Sequence record: PQ471516.1
Direction: 5' to 3' (one strand)
Length of the DNA stretch: 64,000 bases
Shown here: positions 9,325 to 18,977 of the stretch, piece after piece
Layout: each line of letters starts with the position of its first letter
How positions within the stretch are numbered: position 1 is the stretch's first letter
Made by a program: the position numbers and the translations under genes
The notes under the pieces: model-generated
What the model was told of the DNA's origin: nothing
Database searches by the model: none
What the model saw: only the letters and a program-made list of their open reading frames with translations

Positions 9325-10743
9325 ATGAGCATTCTATCTATTATCGAAAACATTAAAAGTGTTAGCAGTACTCTTGGCAAGAAAGCTATCCTAGAAGAGA
9401 ACAAAGATAATGAAACTCTCAAGAAAGTACTGAAATATACACTAGACCCTAGCATTGTAAGTGGTTATAAGAAGCTACCAGAAGCCCATGACGCATATCA
9501 ACATATGACATTGGATGAAGCTATAGATAAGCTGGAATGCATCTATAAGCGTGATGTGACGGGTCATGCAGGGCGTGATTTTATTGCTTCAGTACTGGGT
9601 AGTGTAAGTCCAGATGATGCTGAAGTTATTCGTAAGATGCTTACCAAGAACTTAGATTGTGGTATTCAAGAGAAGAACTGTAACGATGTATTCGGTAAAG
9701 GTTTCATCAAAGATGAACCATATATGCGTTGTTCTTTGCTTGATAAAAAGACTGTTAAGAACATCAACTTCAAAGGTCATGGTTATGCTGTCTCCGAGGT
9801 CAAAATGGATGGCACTTACCTGAACCACGTAGTCATCAATGGTTCTCTTACTTCTTCATCCCGTAATGGTAAACTATATGATTTCTTAGGTTGTCGTGAT
9901 GGTGAGATGGCAGGTCTTGCACATCAAATCCAAATGAATGATGATCGTTTTAGTAGTGGCGTAGTCTTTATGGGCGAAGGTCTAGTACTTGATAATGACG
10001 GCGAAACTATTCTCCCACGCACAACGGGTAATGGTATCATCCAGAAAGCTGGGAAAGACAGTATCAACCAAAATGAAGCAATGCGTACTGTATTTGTCCT
10101 GTGGGATGTTGTTCCTTACGATGCATTCTGTGACGGTACATGGAACGTAAAACGTAAAGAACGTCGTGAACTGCTTGAAAATGCAATCAATGCATTGGGT
10201 AGTGAATTTGTCCGTATGGTGAAATACCGTAAGGTTAAAAACATCAAAGAAGCATTTGAGTACAATAACGAACTCATGGATCAAGGTGAAGAAGGTTCAG
10301 TACTGAAATGTGAAGATGGTATCTGGAAATCACATACGTCTCCTAAGCAGTTGAAAGTAAAACTGAAAATGCAATTGGATTTGCGTATTGTTGGCTTCAA
10401 CGAAGGTGAAGGTAAGCGTAAAGGTTCACTTGGTTCTTTACAACTTGAAAGTGCATGTGGTACACTGAAAGTAAATGTAGGAACAGGTATCCGTGAAAAA
10501 GATGCAGAGTGGACATTCAAAACCATTTGGGAACGAATGCAAGAACTAATTGGTAAAGTCGTTACCGTTGAGTGTAATGAAATTGTAATCGATAAACGTA
10601 CTGGCGAGCCATCACTATTTTTACCAGTGTTTATTGAATTTAGATTTGACAAAAACACTTGTGACGATTATACTCGTATCTTAGAAATTCGTGATAGTGC
10701 TGTTGAGGTGTTCTCTAACAGTATTATTGAATCACTAGCTTAA
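9325..10743 (+). CDS. lig: ATP-dependent DNA ligase (T4 gp30-like)
   Basis: EVKMDG adenylation motif, MGEG, WDVV, EEGSVLK, KVKL, OB-fold GSLG and F.EFRFDK. Confidence 0.95.
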   Translation: MSILSIIENIKSVSSTLGKKAILEENKDNETLKKVLKYTLDPSIVSGYKKLPEAHDAYQHMTLDEAIDKLECIYKRDVTGHAGRDFIASVLGSVSPDDAEVIRKMLTKNLDCGIQEKNCNDVFGKGFIKDEPYMRCSLLDKKTVKNINFKGHGYAVSEVKMDGTYLNHVVINGSLTSSSRNGKLYDFLGCRDGEMAGLAHQIQMNDDRFSSGVVFMGEGLVLDNDGETILPRTTGNGIIQKAGKDSINQNEAMRTVFVLWDVVPYDAFCDGTWNVKRKERRELLENAINALGSEFVRMVKYRKVKNIKEAFEYNNELMDQGEEGSVLKCEDGIWKSHTSPKQLKVKLKMQLDLRIVGFNEGEGKRKGSLGSLQLESACGTLKVNVGTGIREKDAEWTFKTIWERMQELIGKVVTVECNEIVIDKRTGEPSLFLPVFIEFRFDKNTCDDYTRILEIRDSAVEVFSNSIIESLA

Positions 10744-10761
10744 CTTTATCTGGAGGTAATT

Positions 10762-11553
10762 ATGAAATTTGTCGTAACATCTGACGTACACGGTGGAACT
10801 AATTACCTCCATAGCGGTGATTACAGTGACGTAGTACTGATCATTGCTGGTGACTTTGACGAAGTGAAGCGTAGTCGTTATCGTACCGGAATCGAAGAAC
10901 TGTGTAAGCAGTTCTATAAGGTAGTGCTGGTTCCTGGTAATCACGAATACTACGGTTCCAATATCCAAAAGACGCATCAAGTACTGTCAAATATGCAGGA
11001 TGAGATTCCTAATTTCATCTTCCTGCAAAACAAGTTCCAGTGGATTGGTGATGTACTGCTTGTGGGTAGTACTTTGTGGACTGACTTTGATAAGGGCAAT
11101 TCTCTGGTTAAGTTTGATGCCAAGATGAAGATGAATGACTATAAACACATTCGTCATGGCACTACGTCTGAACCTTGGCGTAAGAAGCTGACACCTGAAG
11201 ATACTGAGTTCATGCACCATCAGGATAAGCAATTCATCAAGAATGCGATTTGTAGTGCTCGTTTGATGAGTGGTGACGATATTAAAGTACTGGTAGTTAC
11301 TCACCACGCACCGAGTTACCAGAGTGTGTCTCCACGATATAAGAATGATTCTCTGAATGGTTGTTACTGTTCTGATATGGATCAGTTCGTCGAAGACGTA
11401 GGAGCAGATGTATGGGTACATGGTCACGTACATAGCAGCTTTGACTACAATATCGGAAAGACACGTATTATTTGTAACCCAAAAGGTTATGAGTCATTTA
11501 GTGGTGCATCTGAGAACTTCGACTACAATCCACAATTTGTATTTGAAATCTAG
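10762..11553 (+). CDS. calcineurin-like metallophosphoesterase
   Basis: SDVH, AGD, PGNHEYY, THHAP, HGHVH motifs. Confidence 0.88.
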   Translation: MKFVVTSDVHGGTNYLHSGDYSDVVLIIAGDFDEVKRSRYRTGIEELCKQFYKVVLVPGNHEYYGSNIQKTHQVLSNMQDEIPNFIFLQNKFQWIGDVLLVGSTLWTDFDKGNSLVKFDAKMKMNDYKHIRHGTTSEPWRKKLTPEDTEFMHHQDKQFIKNAICSARLMSGDDIKVLVVTHHAPSYQSVSPRYKNDSLNGCYCSDMDQFVEDVGADVWVHGHVHSSFDYNIGKTRIICNPKGYESFSGASENFDYNPQFVFEI

Positions 11554-11561
11554 GAGTCAAA

Positions 11562-11960
11562 ATGTCCATAACTTGCTTTACTTTTTCACCTGATGTCAGC
11601 GAGATTGTTCGTGTGTATCAGGTTAATTACCAGGTTAATTACCAGGGACGACCCACTACTGATTCGTTTTTGGTAATGTCGGCTAACAAGGTAACTACTT
11701 TTTATCGTCATCAAGACCCATTTGTTATAAAAGACCGATATGGTATACGTGGAAATAAAGAACCGCCTATCAGTACTCATGCTGGTATTGTACTGGTATG
11801 TGTACCGACCAGAGACTATATGTTCAGTACTGAAACTATTCAACAGCAAACATTAAACATTGCAGCTTCACGTTCACGTGGAATGTATATTCGTGTAAAT
11901 TTAGATGACATTGACCCTGGTTTGCGTTATGATTATATTAATGCGTTAGGGAGATTGTGA
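11562..11960 (+). CDS. hypothetical protein
   Basis: SD AGGAG; contains a YQVN tandem duplication. Confidence 0.6.
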   Translation: MSITCFTFSPDVSEIVRVYQVNYQVNYQGRPTTDSFLVMSANKVTTFYRHQDPFVIKDRYGIRGNKEPPISTHAGIVLVCVPTRDYMFSTETIQQQTLNIAASRSRGMYIRVNLDDIDPGLRYDYINALGRL

Positions 11961-12367
11961 TAATGATTAAATTAGATATGGATATCACACAACTAACACT
12001 ACGCAAGGATAAGAAGATTTCATATGTTATGATGTTTGATGAAGTCTTTGCTAACAAGTTGACTGGGTGTGCAATAGAAATTCAAACTTTCTTCATTAAT
12101 GATGACAGCGTTTATGTTAGTCAAGGTGGTCAGCGTGGATGGTTTGATGAGGTATTCATGCATCCATATGATATTCAACCGAGTTATGACTACTACTTTT
12201 TAGTACCTGGTGATTATGGTACTGTTATAATTGATGATATCACTGACAGTTGTTATACCGATTCATTAAAACGCTTGACATTTATGAAGTTTGATCCTAC
12301 AATGTTTAACAAGTTCACAGTTTACTATCTAGCCGAAGTATTTGATGAAATGATGAAAAAAGGCTAG
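11957..12367 (+). CDS. hypothetical protein
   Basis: ORF in operon, SD GGGAG. Confidence 0.55.
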   Translation: MIMIKLDMDITQLTLRKDKKISYVMMFDEVFANKLTGCAIEIQTFFINDDSVYVSQGGQRGWFDEVFMHPYDIQPSYDYYFLVPGDYGTVIIDDITDSCYTDSLKRLTFMKFDPTMFNKFTVYYLAEVFDEMMKKG

Positions 12368-12392
12368 ACAAACCAAATCAACGTGATATAAT
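12365..12392 (+). promoter_or_regulatory. sigma70-type promoter of the clpP operon
   Basis: TAGACA-N16-TATAAT with extended TG. Confidence 0.7.
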
Positions 12393-12423
12393 ACTAACAC
12401 ATTAACAGCAGAGGAAATTAACA

Positions 12424-13119
12424 ATGGTTGAACAATTTATGTTTGGTGGTTATGCAAATGGTGAAGTACGTAACATTTCTATTCCTTATGTTGTAGAAAA
12501 AGTTAACGGTTCAGAACGTACATATGACTTGGCATCTCGTATGATGCAAGACCGTATCCTATTCTTGGATACCGATTTCAACGACCAGATGGCACACATT
12601 ATCAAACAACAATTGGTATGGCTGGATTCACAAGGTGATTCTCCAATCACTATGTATATTTCGTCACCGGGCGGTTCAGTTCACGCTGGATTGGGTATTG
12701 CTGATGTTGCAAAATCCTGTATCTCTCCAATTCGTACTGTTGTTATGGGTTATGCTGCTTCTATGGGTTGCTACACTCAATCAGTACTGGGTTCTAAGGG
12801 TTATCGTTTAGGTGGTAAGCGTTCATTCTTCATGTGTCACCAAGTAAGTTCTGGTACACAGGGTTTGATTACTGACCAGAAGATTTCATTGAAGCATTCT
12901 GACTCTCTGAACACGCTTCTAACGAAAGAAATCGCTGAAGCAGTAGGTGTGTCCCATGAACAACTTCTGAAAGACGCAGACCGCGATTTGTGGCTAAATG
13001 CCGAAGAAGCACTTGAGTACGGCGAACATGGTTTCATTGATGGTATCATCCTTGGGCCACGTGATGAAGCTGGTAAGTACCTTGTTAAGCGTCGTGGTGG
13101 CGTGGAAGAGTGGGTGTAA
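12424..13119 (+). CDS. clpP: ATP-dependent Clp protease proteolytic subunit-like
   Basis: ERTYDLASRMMQDRILFL, YISSPGGSV, AASMG (Ser), MCHQ (His), RDLWL (Asp): full triad. Confidence 0.92.
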   Translation: MVEQFMFGGYANGEVRNISIPYVVEKVNGSERTYDLASRMMQDRILFLDTDFNDQMAHIIKQQLVWLDSQGDSPITMYISSPGGSVHAGLGIADVAKSCISPIRTVVMGYAASMGCYTQSVLGSKGYRLGGKRSFFMCHQVSSGTQGLITDQKISLKHSDSLNTLLTKEIAEAVGVSHEQLLKDADRDLWLNAEEALEYGEHGFIDGIILGPRDEAGKYLVKRRGGVEEWV

Positions 13120-13129
13120 TTGGTTGAGA

Positions 13130-13154
13130 ATTGTGCCTCGAATTGAGGCACAAT
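13130..13154 (+). terminator. stem-loop after clpP (terminator or processing site)
   Basis: ATTGTGCCTC / GAGGCACAAT 10 bp stem, no strong U tail. Confidence 0.45.
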
Positions 13155-13181
13155 ATTGATATTTTATTGAGGTAATTTCAA

Positions 13182-13466
13182 ATGACAAAAGTACTCGTTC
13201 GTAATAACAGTACTGAAGAAGTTCAAGTACTCGATGATTCAGAATTCATTGATGTAGCACTAACTCAAATGTCCGAAGCTGCATTGTCAGTTAAAGGATG
13301 CACACAGTCTGAAGAACTGCTTAATGGTTTAGCTGTAGTTCTTGAACTAATGCAAGAAGTACTTGCAAAAAATAACATCAATCCAATTAACGTCGTGACA
13401 CATGCAACCAATCTACGTAATGAGTTTGGTTCATTCAGTGACAAAAAAGCATCCACTAAAGAATAA
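13182..13466 (+). CDS. hypothetical protein
   Basis: SD GAGGT. Confidence 0.65.
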   Translation: MTKVLVRNNSTEEVQVLDDSEFIDVALTQMSEAALSVKGCTQSEELLNGLAVVLELMQEVLAKNNINPINVVTHATNLRNEFGSFSDKKASTKE

Positions 13467-13480
13467 GGAATAATAAGACA

Positions 13481-13924
13481 ATGGCTAATGATCAATACAA
13501 AGATGGACTAGAAGCATTCAAAGCAAAAGTGGTTCTAACTAATGAACAACTAAAAATGCAGCATCCACTATTCCGTCAGGGTTATCGTTCTGCACAAGAA
13601 GCAGCTATGAAGAAAAACAATCCAACGTTCCCTACAGCATTGTTTGATATTCCTAAACGTCCTGAAGTGTTTAAGGCCGAATGGACAGACATTATGGCTG
13701 CGACCAAACGACCTCGTTTTGCAAAACTTCATACCGATGAAGGTCGCTGGATGCTCATGGAAATCATGAAAGCAGTAGAAAAACAAGCCGACAAAATCGT
13801 TCGTTATAAAGATGTAGTGAATATGGTAGACAAAGCGTTTAACATTATCCTACAGTACGGTTACGATGAAGGTGTACTGACCGTAACTGATTGCGAACAG
13901 TACGATTTCGTACCAGTACAATAA
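13481..13924 (+). CDS. hypothetical protein
   Basis: SD AAGGA; host-like optimal codons (CGT, GAA) suggest high expression. Confidence 0.7.
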   Translation: MANDQYKDGLEAFKAKVVLTNEQLKMQHPLFRQGYRSAQEAAMKKNNPTFPTALFDIPKRPEVFKAEWTDIMAATKRPRFAKLHTDEGRWMLMEIMKAVEKQADKIVRYKDVVNMVDKAFNIILQYGYDEGVLTVTDCEQYDFVPVQ

Positions 13925-14072
13925 TCTTTTAAGGGAGTCTTTATGGCTCCCTATTCTCATATGAGGAATATATGGAACTTTTAGTGCGGATATACATAAA
14001 TCATTGTACAAAAATTGTCACTTTTGGGGTAAATACCGAAGGGTAACAGTTTTATAACAAGGTAGGTGGCAT

Positions 14073-14588
14073 ATGCAACACAAACTAAGTGAAGATCAAA
14101 GTGATGTTTTCTTTAACCATATGTTTATAATTGATAAGTTTTTTGAGGGATTAAATGCGGAAGCAACTGCAATAATGAAGAAGTGGTATAAAGCTTATAA
14201 AAGAAATAAGAAATGGTATTGGTTGAATCGTGATATGGATTCTTTTATCCGAAAAATCACATACAAAGACACCATAGAATTGAAACGTAGTTCTATGGGT
14301 TATAGCTATCTTTCTAAAACTCACGAAGAATCATGGAATATTGGGATTAAAGTATCCGTTGTAGTTGAGATGACCGGATTACCACAATCTGTTATCCAGG
14401 AAGAAACTGAGAAGTTATGGAAGATAGTAGAGTTCATGCACAATAACATTTCGTTCGTTTATAAGAATTTCGATGCTTTTACTGACATAAAAGCGTATAA
14501 TAGAAGCCCATATGTTCTTAGTGATAAACTTTATCATCACATGGAACTATGTAAGGCTTATGTGAAGGAATGGAATCTAGAGGAATAA
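14073..14588 (+). CDS. hypothetical protein
   Basis: SD AGGTGG. Confidence 0.65.
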   Translation: MQHKLSEDQSDVFFNHMFIIDKFFEGLNAEATAIMKKWYKAYKRNKKWYWLNRDMDSFIRKITYKDTIELKRSSMGYSYLSKTHEESWNIGIKVSVVVEMTGLPQSVIQEETEKLWKIVEFMHNNISFVYKNFDAFTDIKAYNRSPYVLSDKLYHHMELCKAYVKEWNLEE

Positions 14589-14589
14589 A

Positions 14590-15114
14590 ATGAAATATAC
14601 AGTACTGTCAGCACAAGACACAGAGATATGGCTGGGTAACGTATTAAAAACACTAATGGTTATAAAGAAGTTGATTTCATCTATCGGTGCTATTGAGACT
14701 AATCTCAAGAAAGATATCTTAAATGACTTCCACCGAAACGCGTACATGAAGTTCTACTCCAACATGTTCTATGGACTTTATGATGCTGATGATATCTGCA
14801 TTTTTCCAAGTGGGAAAGCGTGGTCATTAAATAGTGCTTGCTTCAGTGATCTAAGGTACAGTTTAACCCAAGAGCAAGTAGATGCAAGAAAATACTTGGA
14901 ACAAATAATGGATGATGGTACAATTACTTTCGTATCGGAAATCAGTCATTGCTGGAATGTCTATGCAGATAAACCATTCAATATTGACGAAGAAGATATC
15001 ATCAATTACACCCGCATCATGAGAATTCATGAATGTGTAAAAATGGCATTAAAAGATATAGGACTATACGATGAAGCATGTAACTTGGATGAAGATAGCA
15101 GAAGTAGTAGCTGA
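14590..15114 (+). CDS. hypothetical protein
   Basis: SD GAGGA; weak resemblance to the preceding ORF. Confidence 0.65.
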   Translation: MKYTVLSAQDTEIWLGNVLKTLMVIKKLISSIGAIETNLKKDILNDFHRNAYMKFYSNMFYGLYDADDICIFPSGKAWSLNSACFSDLRYSLTQEQVDARKYLEQIMDDGTITFVSEISHCWNVYADKPFNIDEEDIINYTRIMRIHECVKMALKDIGLYDEACNLDEDSRSSS

Positions 15115-15547
15115 GGAAAGTAAGTGTCTTTCCCAGCACGTAGGTTGTGTAATCGTCAATAATGACCGAGTGTTGAGTACTGGATATAATGGCACTCCAT
15201 CTAAACAGGTAAACTGCTGTGATGCAAATGCACATTTAGTACACGATGGTAAGTTTCAAGATTGGGTATCAGATGATGCAAAACATGAACACCATGAGTG
15301 GAGTAACCTTCATGAGATTCATGCTGAGATGAATGCAATCCTTTACAGTTCTCCTACAGAACGTCAAGGTGCAACACTTTACAGTACTCTCCAGCCGTGC
15401 TATACTTGTTCTAAGTTAATCGCTGGAAGTGGTATTAAGCGTGTTATCTATATGAAAAGCTACCCAAGAACTCCAGCAGAAGCTATTAAAGTACTGGAAG
15501 ATGCTGGGATTGAAGTTAACTGTATTTTTGACATGGGATTAAAATAA
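15071..15547 (+). CDS. cd: dCMP deaminase
   Basis: S.C....VGCVIV, STGYNGTP, HAEMNAI, TLQPCYTC zinc ligands. Confidence 0.93.
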   Translation: MKHVTWMKIAEVVAEESKCLSQHVGCVIVNNDRVLSTGYNGTPSKQVNCCDANAHLVHDGKFQDWVSDDAKHEHHEWSNLHEIHAEMNAILYSSPTERQGATLYSTLQPCYTCSKLIAGSGIKRVIYMKSYPRTPAEAIKVLEDAGIEVNCIFDMGLK

Positions 15548-15846
15548 TGATTCAAGCTTTTGTTTTTCTTGGTCTGGGGGCGTTCTTACTAATCGTGTGG
15601 GTTATTGTTGGTGCTATTATATCTGTAACGGACAGTTCACAAAAGATTTCAGGGTACGAGGTTCGTTATGAACCAAAAAACAATAAGTACTACATTGTTC
15701 GTAAATTCAAGTACTTAGAAAAAGAAGAACGAATTCGTGGACGTTTGAAGCTAACGATTTATTATAAAGATATTTCGAAAGCATCATATGTATGTGAATT
15801 ACTGAATAAAGATTACAGTGCAATTTCTGGTAATACTGAACTATAA
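15547..15846 (+). CDS. hypothetical membrane-anchored protein
   Basis: N-terminal hydrophobic helix. Confidence 0.6.
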   Translation: MIQAFVFLGLGAFLLIVWVIVGAIISVTDSSQKISGYEVRYEPKNNKYYIVRKFKYLEKEERIRGRLKLTIYYKDISKASYVCELLNKDYSAISGNTEL

Positions 15847-15849
15847 AAG

Positions 15850-15876
15850 AAAAAGGAGCCTTATGGCTCCTTTTTT
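15850..15876 (+). terminator. Rho-independent terminator
   Basis: A-run GGAGCC-TTAT-GGCTCC T-run. Confidence 0.85.
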
Positions 15877-16088
15877 GTTATTTAAAAACTATGAATGTAA
15901 ATGTTAATAGAATGGTCTATTTGTGAAAAATTGGTACATTAGAAGTACTGTAATGTAGTTATATCTCACCCTGTTCGTTAAGAGATAATAAATTTAGTTT
16001 GACTTAAGGGAAACTTTCATGTATCATTACTTCATCGTCTTAGAAACACATGGCGATTGATGCACAAGTGAACTATAAGTGTTGACTT

Positions 16089-16751
16089 ATGGCAAATCTA
16101 GTGATACAATGCAAGAAACAACATAAAGAGGGCAAAAAAGTGTATCGATTCATGAAGGAAGTGTTTCAAGCAGTTATCGTTATGATGCTTATCAATTTCC
16201 CATGCAGTGCAGGTGTGGAACGAACAAGTGTCATGCGATATTATGAGGAACCTAATGCTCTGGTGGTTATATCAGAGTTAACGGATGGTTCTGCTGACCG
16301 TATAATCAATTTTTACGATAAGACCCCATTCAAAACATTAATCATTACATCTCCAGGTGGGAGTGTAGATGCAGGTCTGAAATTGGGTTCTTTAGTGAAA
16401 GAAAATGGAATTCAAGTGATTGTTGTAAAGTACTGCAACTCTGCATGTTCCCTCGTGTACTTCAGTTCACCGAAGGATAAGAGACTAATGGAAGATGATT
16501 CAGTACTTGGACTACATAACGTTTCAATTGAAAGCAAAGGGGGTGATGGTGATAACACTTATGTGACTATTCGACAGTTGAAGCAGTTCACAGAGGAATT
16601 GTCATCTAAAGTAGGTTTTATGTTTACGTTGTACGCCAGTAATGGTATTCCTACAAACGTACTAATGCGTATCGCAACTGCACGTGGTGATGATGTAATT
16701 GTTGTCACTAAAAAAGAATTAGAAGTTTGGGAAGCATCAATCCCTGACTGA
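16089..16751 (+). CDS. ClpP/crotonase-fold protein, probably exported (start may be 16152)
   Basis: ITSPGGSV, CNSACS, LGLH motifs; signal-like hydrophobic stretch after M at 16152. Confidence 0.7.
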   Translation: MANLVIQCKKQHKEGKKVYRFMKEVFQAVIVMMLINFPCSAGVERTSVMRYYEEPNALVVISELTDGSADRIINFYDKTPFKTLIITSPGGSVDAGLKLGSLVKENGIQVIVVKYCNSACSLVYFSSPKDKRLMEDDSVLGLHNVSIESKGGDGDNTYVTIRQLKQFTEELSSKVGFMFTLYASNGIPTNVLMRIATARGDDVIVVTKKELEVWEASIPD

Positions 16752-16824
16752 TTATAATTACAAGAGGATGATATGTGTTGTACTCCCCTTGTAAAAAACA
16801 TATAAAATACACTGGGATATTAAT

Positions 16825-17085
16825 ATGAGCACATTGCTTGATTGGATTTCAATCCTTTATTATTCAATTTTAGTTTTATACAGTTTCACTATTCTACTTT
16901 CCGTTGGAATGTATAAAGAATTTCGTAATGGTTTTTTGAATGAAAAAACTAATAAGTTTGCTTCTAAATTCGAAGCAGTACTTTATTATTGTTTAGCTTC
17001 TGGATACATTACCTGTTTAGTACTAATGGGCATTCTTATGTATTTTATGGGAACCATTTTACAAGTTCTTCCATTCCTAAATTAA
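16825..17085 (+). CDS. small membrane protein
   Basis: Two hydrophobic helices. Confidence 0.6.
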   Translation: MSTLLDWISILYYSILVLYSFTILLSVGMYKEFRNGFLNEKTNKFASKFEAVLYYCLASGYITCLVLMGILMYFMGTILQVLPFLN

Positions 17086-17094
17086 GTGAATAAA

Positions 17095-17118
17095 AAAAGG
17101 GAGCTTGTGCTCCCTTTT
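17095..17118. terminator. bidirectional terminator between convergent genes
   Basis: AAAAGGGAGC-TTGT-GCTCCCTTTT. Confidence 0.85.
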
Positions 17119-17123
17119 CTAAT

Positions 17124-18032
17124 TTAAGCTGCACTTACAACATAAGTACATTCAGCAGTATGTGAACCATCAACTGTAGTTACGATAACACTAGCATTAC
17201 CTTCACCAACTAATATTACAAAACCTGTTTCAGATACGGTTAGTACATCGTCATTAGTACTTGACCATACAACATCTTTGTTAGCTGCATTATCAGGCAG
17301 AACCGTTGCAACTAGTAATTCAGTACCACCAATTGGGCCATTACTTGATGTTTTACTTAAAGTAACACCAGTAACTGGGGTATTGACAACATATGCACAA
17401 GATGCTACTTTAGAGCCATCAACTGTTGTTGCGTTGACTGTTGCAGAACCGTTACCAACTAGAGTTACTAATCCAGAATTAGACACTGTGAGTACTGCGT
17501 CATTAGTACTTGACCATACAACTGATTTATTTGTTGCATTTTCAGGTAATACAGTTGCAACTAGTGTTTCAGAACCACCAATCGGACCATTACTAGAATT
17601 TTTATTCAATGAAATACTTTCGACTGGAACAACAACTGCGACATACTTAGTCGCGTACTTACCAGTTTGTACTTCATTGCCATTAGTAAGAATTACTTTA
17701 TGGGTGAAAAATTTATATGCAAAACCGAGTGCTTCCATAGTTGTTGCATCATATACTTTAACAGCGAATTCATCACGACCAAGTGCACTTGCAATTTCTT
17801 GGGCAGTGGCTGATAAATCAAGTAGGTTACGATTTTTATCTCGACCAACCATTGATACTCTTTGATAAACAGTAGTTGAATCACTATCAACTAAGTCAAA
17901 CATGCGAGTACTACACTCGTTGATAATGTATAGTTCTTTATCAATTTCTTGAGCACTGTGATCAGTTGCTGCAAAAACACAGATACCACCAACGTTGAAT
18001 GGCAATTCACCAAATTTAGCTATAGGCTTCAT
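17124..18032 (-). CDS. virion protein with two Big_2 Ig-like domains
   Basis: Two repeats V...SL.K.SS.GPIGG.E.LVATVLP.NA.NK.VVWSSTND.VLTVS..G.V.LVG.G.A....TTVDGS..A.C; DNA repeat 17250-17273 / 17499-17522. Confidence 0.85.
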   Translation of the reverse strand: MKPIAKFGELPFNVGGICVFAATDHSAQEIDKELYIINECSTRMFDLVDSDSTTVYQRVSMVGRDKNRNLLDLSATAQEIASALGRDEFAVKVYDATTMEALGFAYKFFTHKVILTNGNEVQTGKYATKYVAVVVPVESISLNKNSSNGPIGGSETLVATVLPENATNKSVVWSSTNDAVLTVSNSGLVTLVGNGSATVNATTVDGSKVASCAYVVNTPVTGVTLSKTSSNGPIGGTELLVATVLPDNAANKDVVWSSTNDDVLTVSETGFVILVGEGNASVIVTTVDGSHTAECTYVVSAA

Positions 18033-18063
18033 TTGCTTCTCCTATCAATAGAATTATTTTAAT

Positions 18064-18069
18064 TATTTA
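18064..18069 (-). promoter_or_regulatory. putative T4-like late promoter (TAAATA)
   Basis: TAAATA on the minus strand about 30 nt upstream of the Ig-domain gene. Confidence 0.45.
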
Positions 18070-18080
18070 TAAAATTCAGG

Positions 18081-18109
18081 TTGACAAACATCAACAATCC
18101 TAATACAAT
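18081..18109 (+). promoter_or_regulatory. sigma70-type promoter
   Basis: TTGACA-N17-TACAAT. Confidence 0.75.
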
Positions 18110-18140
18110 AGTACTAAATCCAACCGAATAGGAATAAGAC

Positions 18141-18743
18141 ATGACTTGCATCATCGCTCACGCAACACGTACTTCATCGTTTATTGCTGCTGACAAATTA
18201 GGTAGCAATAACTTTACAAAAGCAATCCAAACGGAACCAAAGATCTTTGAGAAAGAGTTCGATTCTCGTGTATTGGAAGAAGGGTTTATCCCAACAATTC
18301 ACAAAGATACCATGACAATCGGATACACTACATCGTTCCGTATGGGACAGTTGTTGGAACATTGTCTTGTTCTACCAGAGAAGCAACCAACCCAATCGTT
18401 CAAGGAATATCTAGTACAATCAGTAGTTCCAGCTATCCGCACTTTATTCCGTGAAGAATGGGGTTCTCGTGCCGATAATCAAGATGTAGGTGGTGGTCAG
18501 TTCATCATCCTTCATAAGCACAAGATCTATGAAATTCATGAAGACTTCTGTGTACTTGAACCAAAAAACAACATCAGTGCAGTTGGTAGTGGTGCATATC
18601 ATGCAATTGCAGCAATGGCAGCTTATCTAACAGTTGAAACTGAAACTGAAGTTCCATTGGTTGACCGTATTGGTTCGATCTTTGATATCGTCAGCGATCA
18701 TGTTGTTAGCGTGAGTTTTGAGCATGACATTCTAAAATACTAA
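18141..18743 (+). CDS. Ntn-hydrolase, HslV/proteasome-beta-like
   Basis: N-terminal M-T-C (Thr nucleophile after Met removal), IAADK, SAVGSGA motifs. Confidence 0.65.
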   Translation: MTCIIAHATRTSSFIAADKLGSNNFTKAIQTEPKIFEKEFDSRVLEEGFIPTIHKDTMTIGYTTSFRMGQLLEHCLVLPEKQPTQSFKEYLVQSVVPAIRTLFREEWGSRADNQDVGGGQFIILHKHKIYEIHEDFCVLEPKNNISAVGSGAYHAIAAMAAYLTVETETEVPLVDRIGSIFDIVSDHVVSVSFEHDILKY

Positions 18744-18771
18744 TAGGTGCACTAATATAATAAGAGAGTAC

Positions 18772-18966
18772 ATGATGACATGGGATATTCTTGACATTGT
18801 TTTGCAGTTCTTGATGATTTTGATTGCAGTTGTTTGGTACAATCACATTGTTCTGTTATATAATGAAGTTCGTAGTACTAAAGCAGATAAACATTTGACG
18901 TACCACATTTCAATCATCGTAAGTGCTTCAATTGTTCTTCTAACGAACTATTTGTTTGCACGTTGA
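18772..18966 (+). CDS. small membrane protein
   Basis: Two hydrophobic helices. Confidence 0.5.
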   Translation: MMTWDILDIVLQFLMILIAVVWYNHIVLLYNEVRSTKADKHLTYHISIIVSASIVLLTNYLFAR

Positions 18967-18977
18967 AAGGTCAACAT

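Noticed and set aside
13972-14046. 24-codon ORF with SD in the 13924-14073 gap
   Set aside because: Too short to support; an alternative reading would need an extra T in a homopolymer and has no recognisable homolog
17278-17865. 195 aa + strand ORF
   Set aside because: Antisense shadow of the Ig-domain gene; no SD, and composition mirrors the complement codons
5745-18966. Small membrane proteins as holin candidates
   Set aside because: None is linked to the lysin or spanins or shows a specific holin signature
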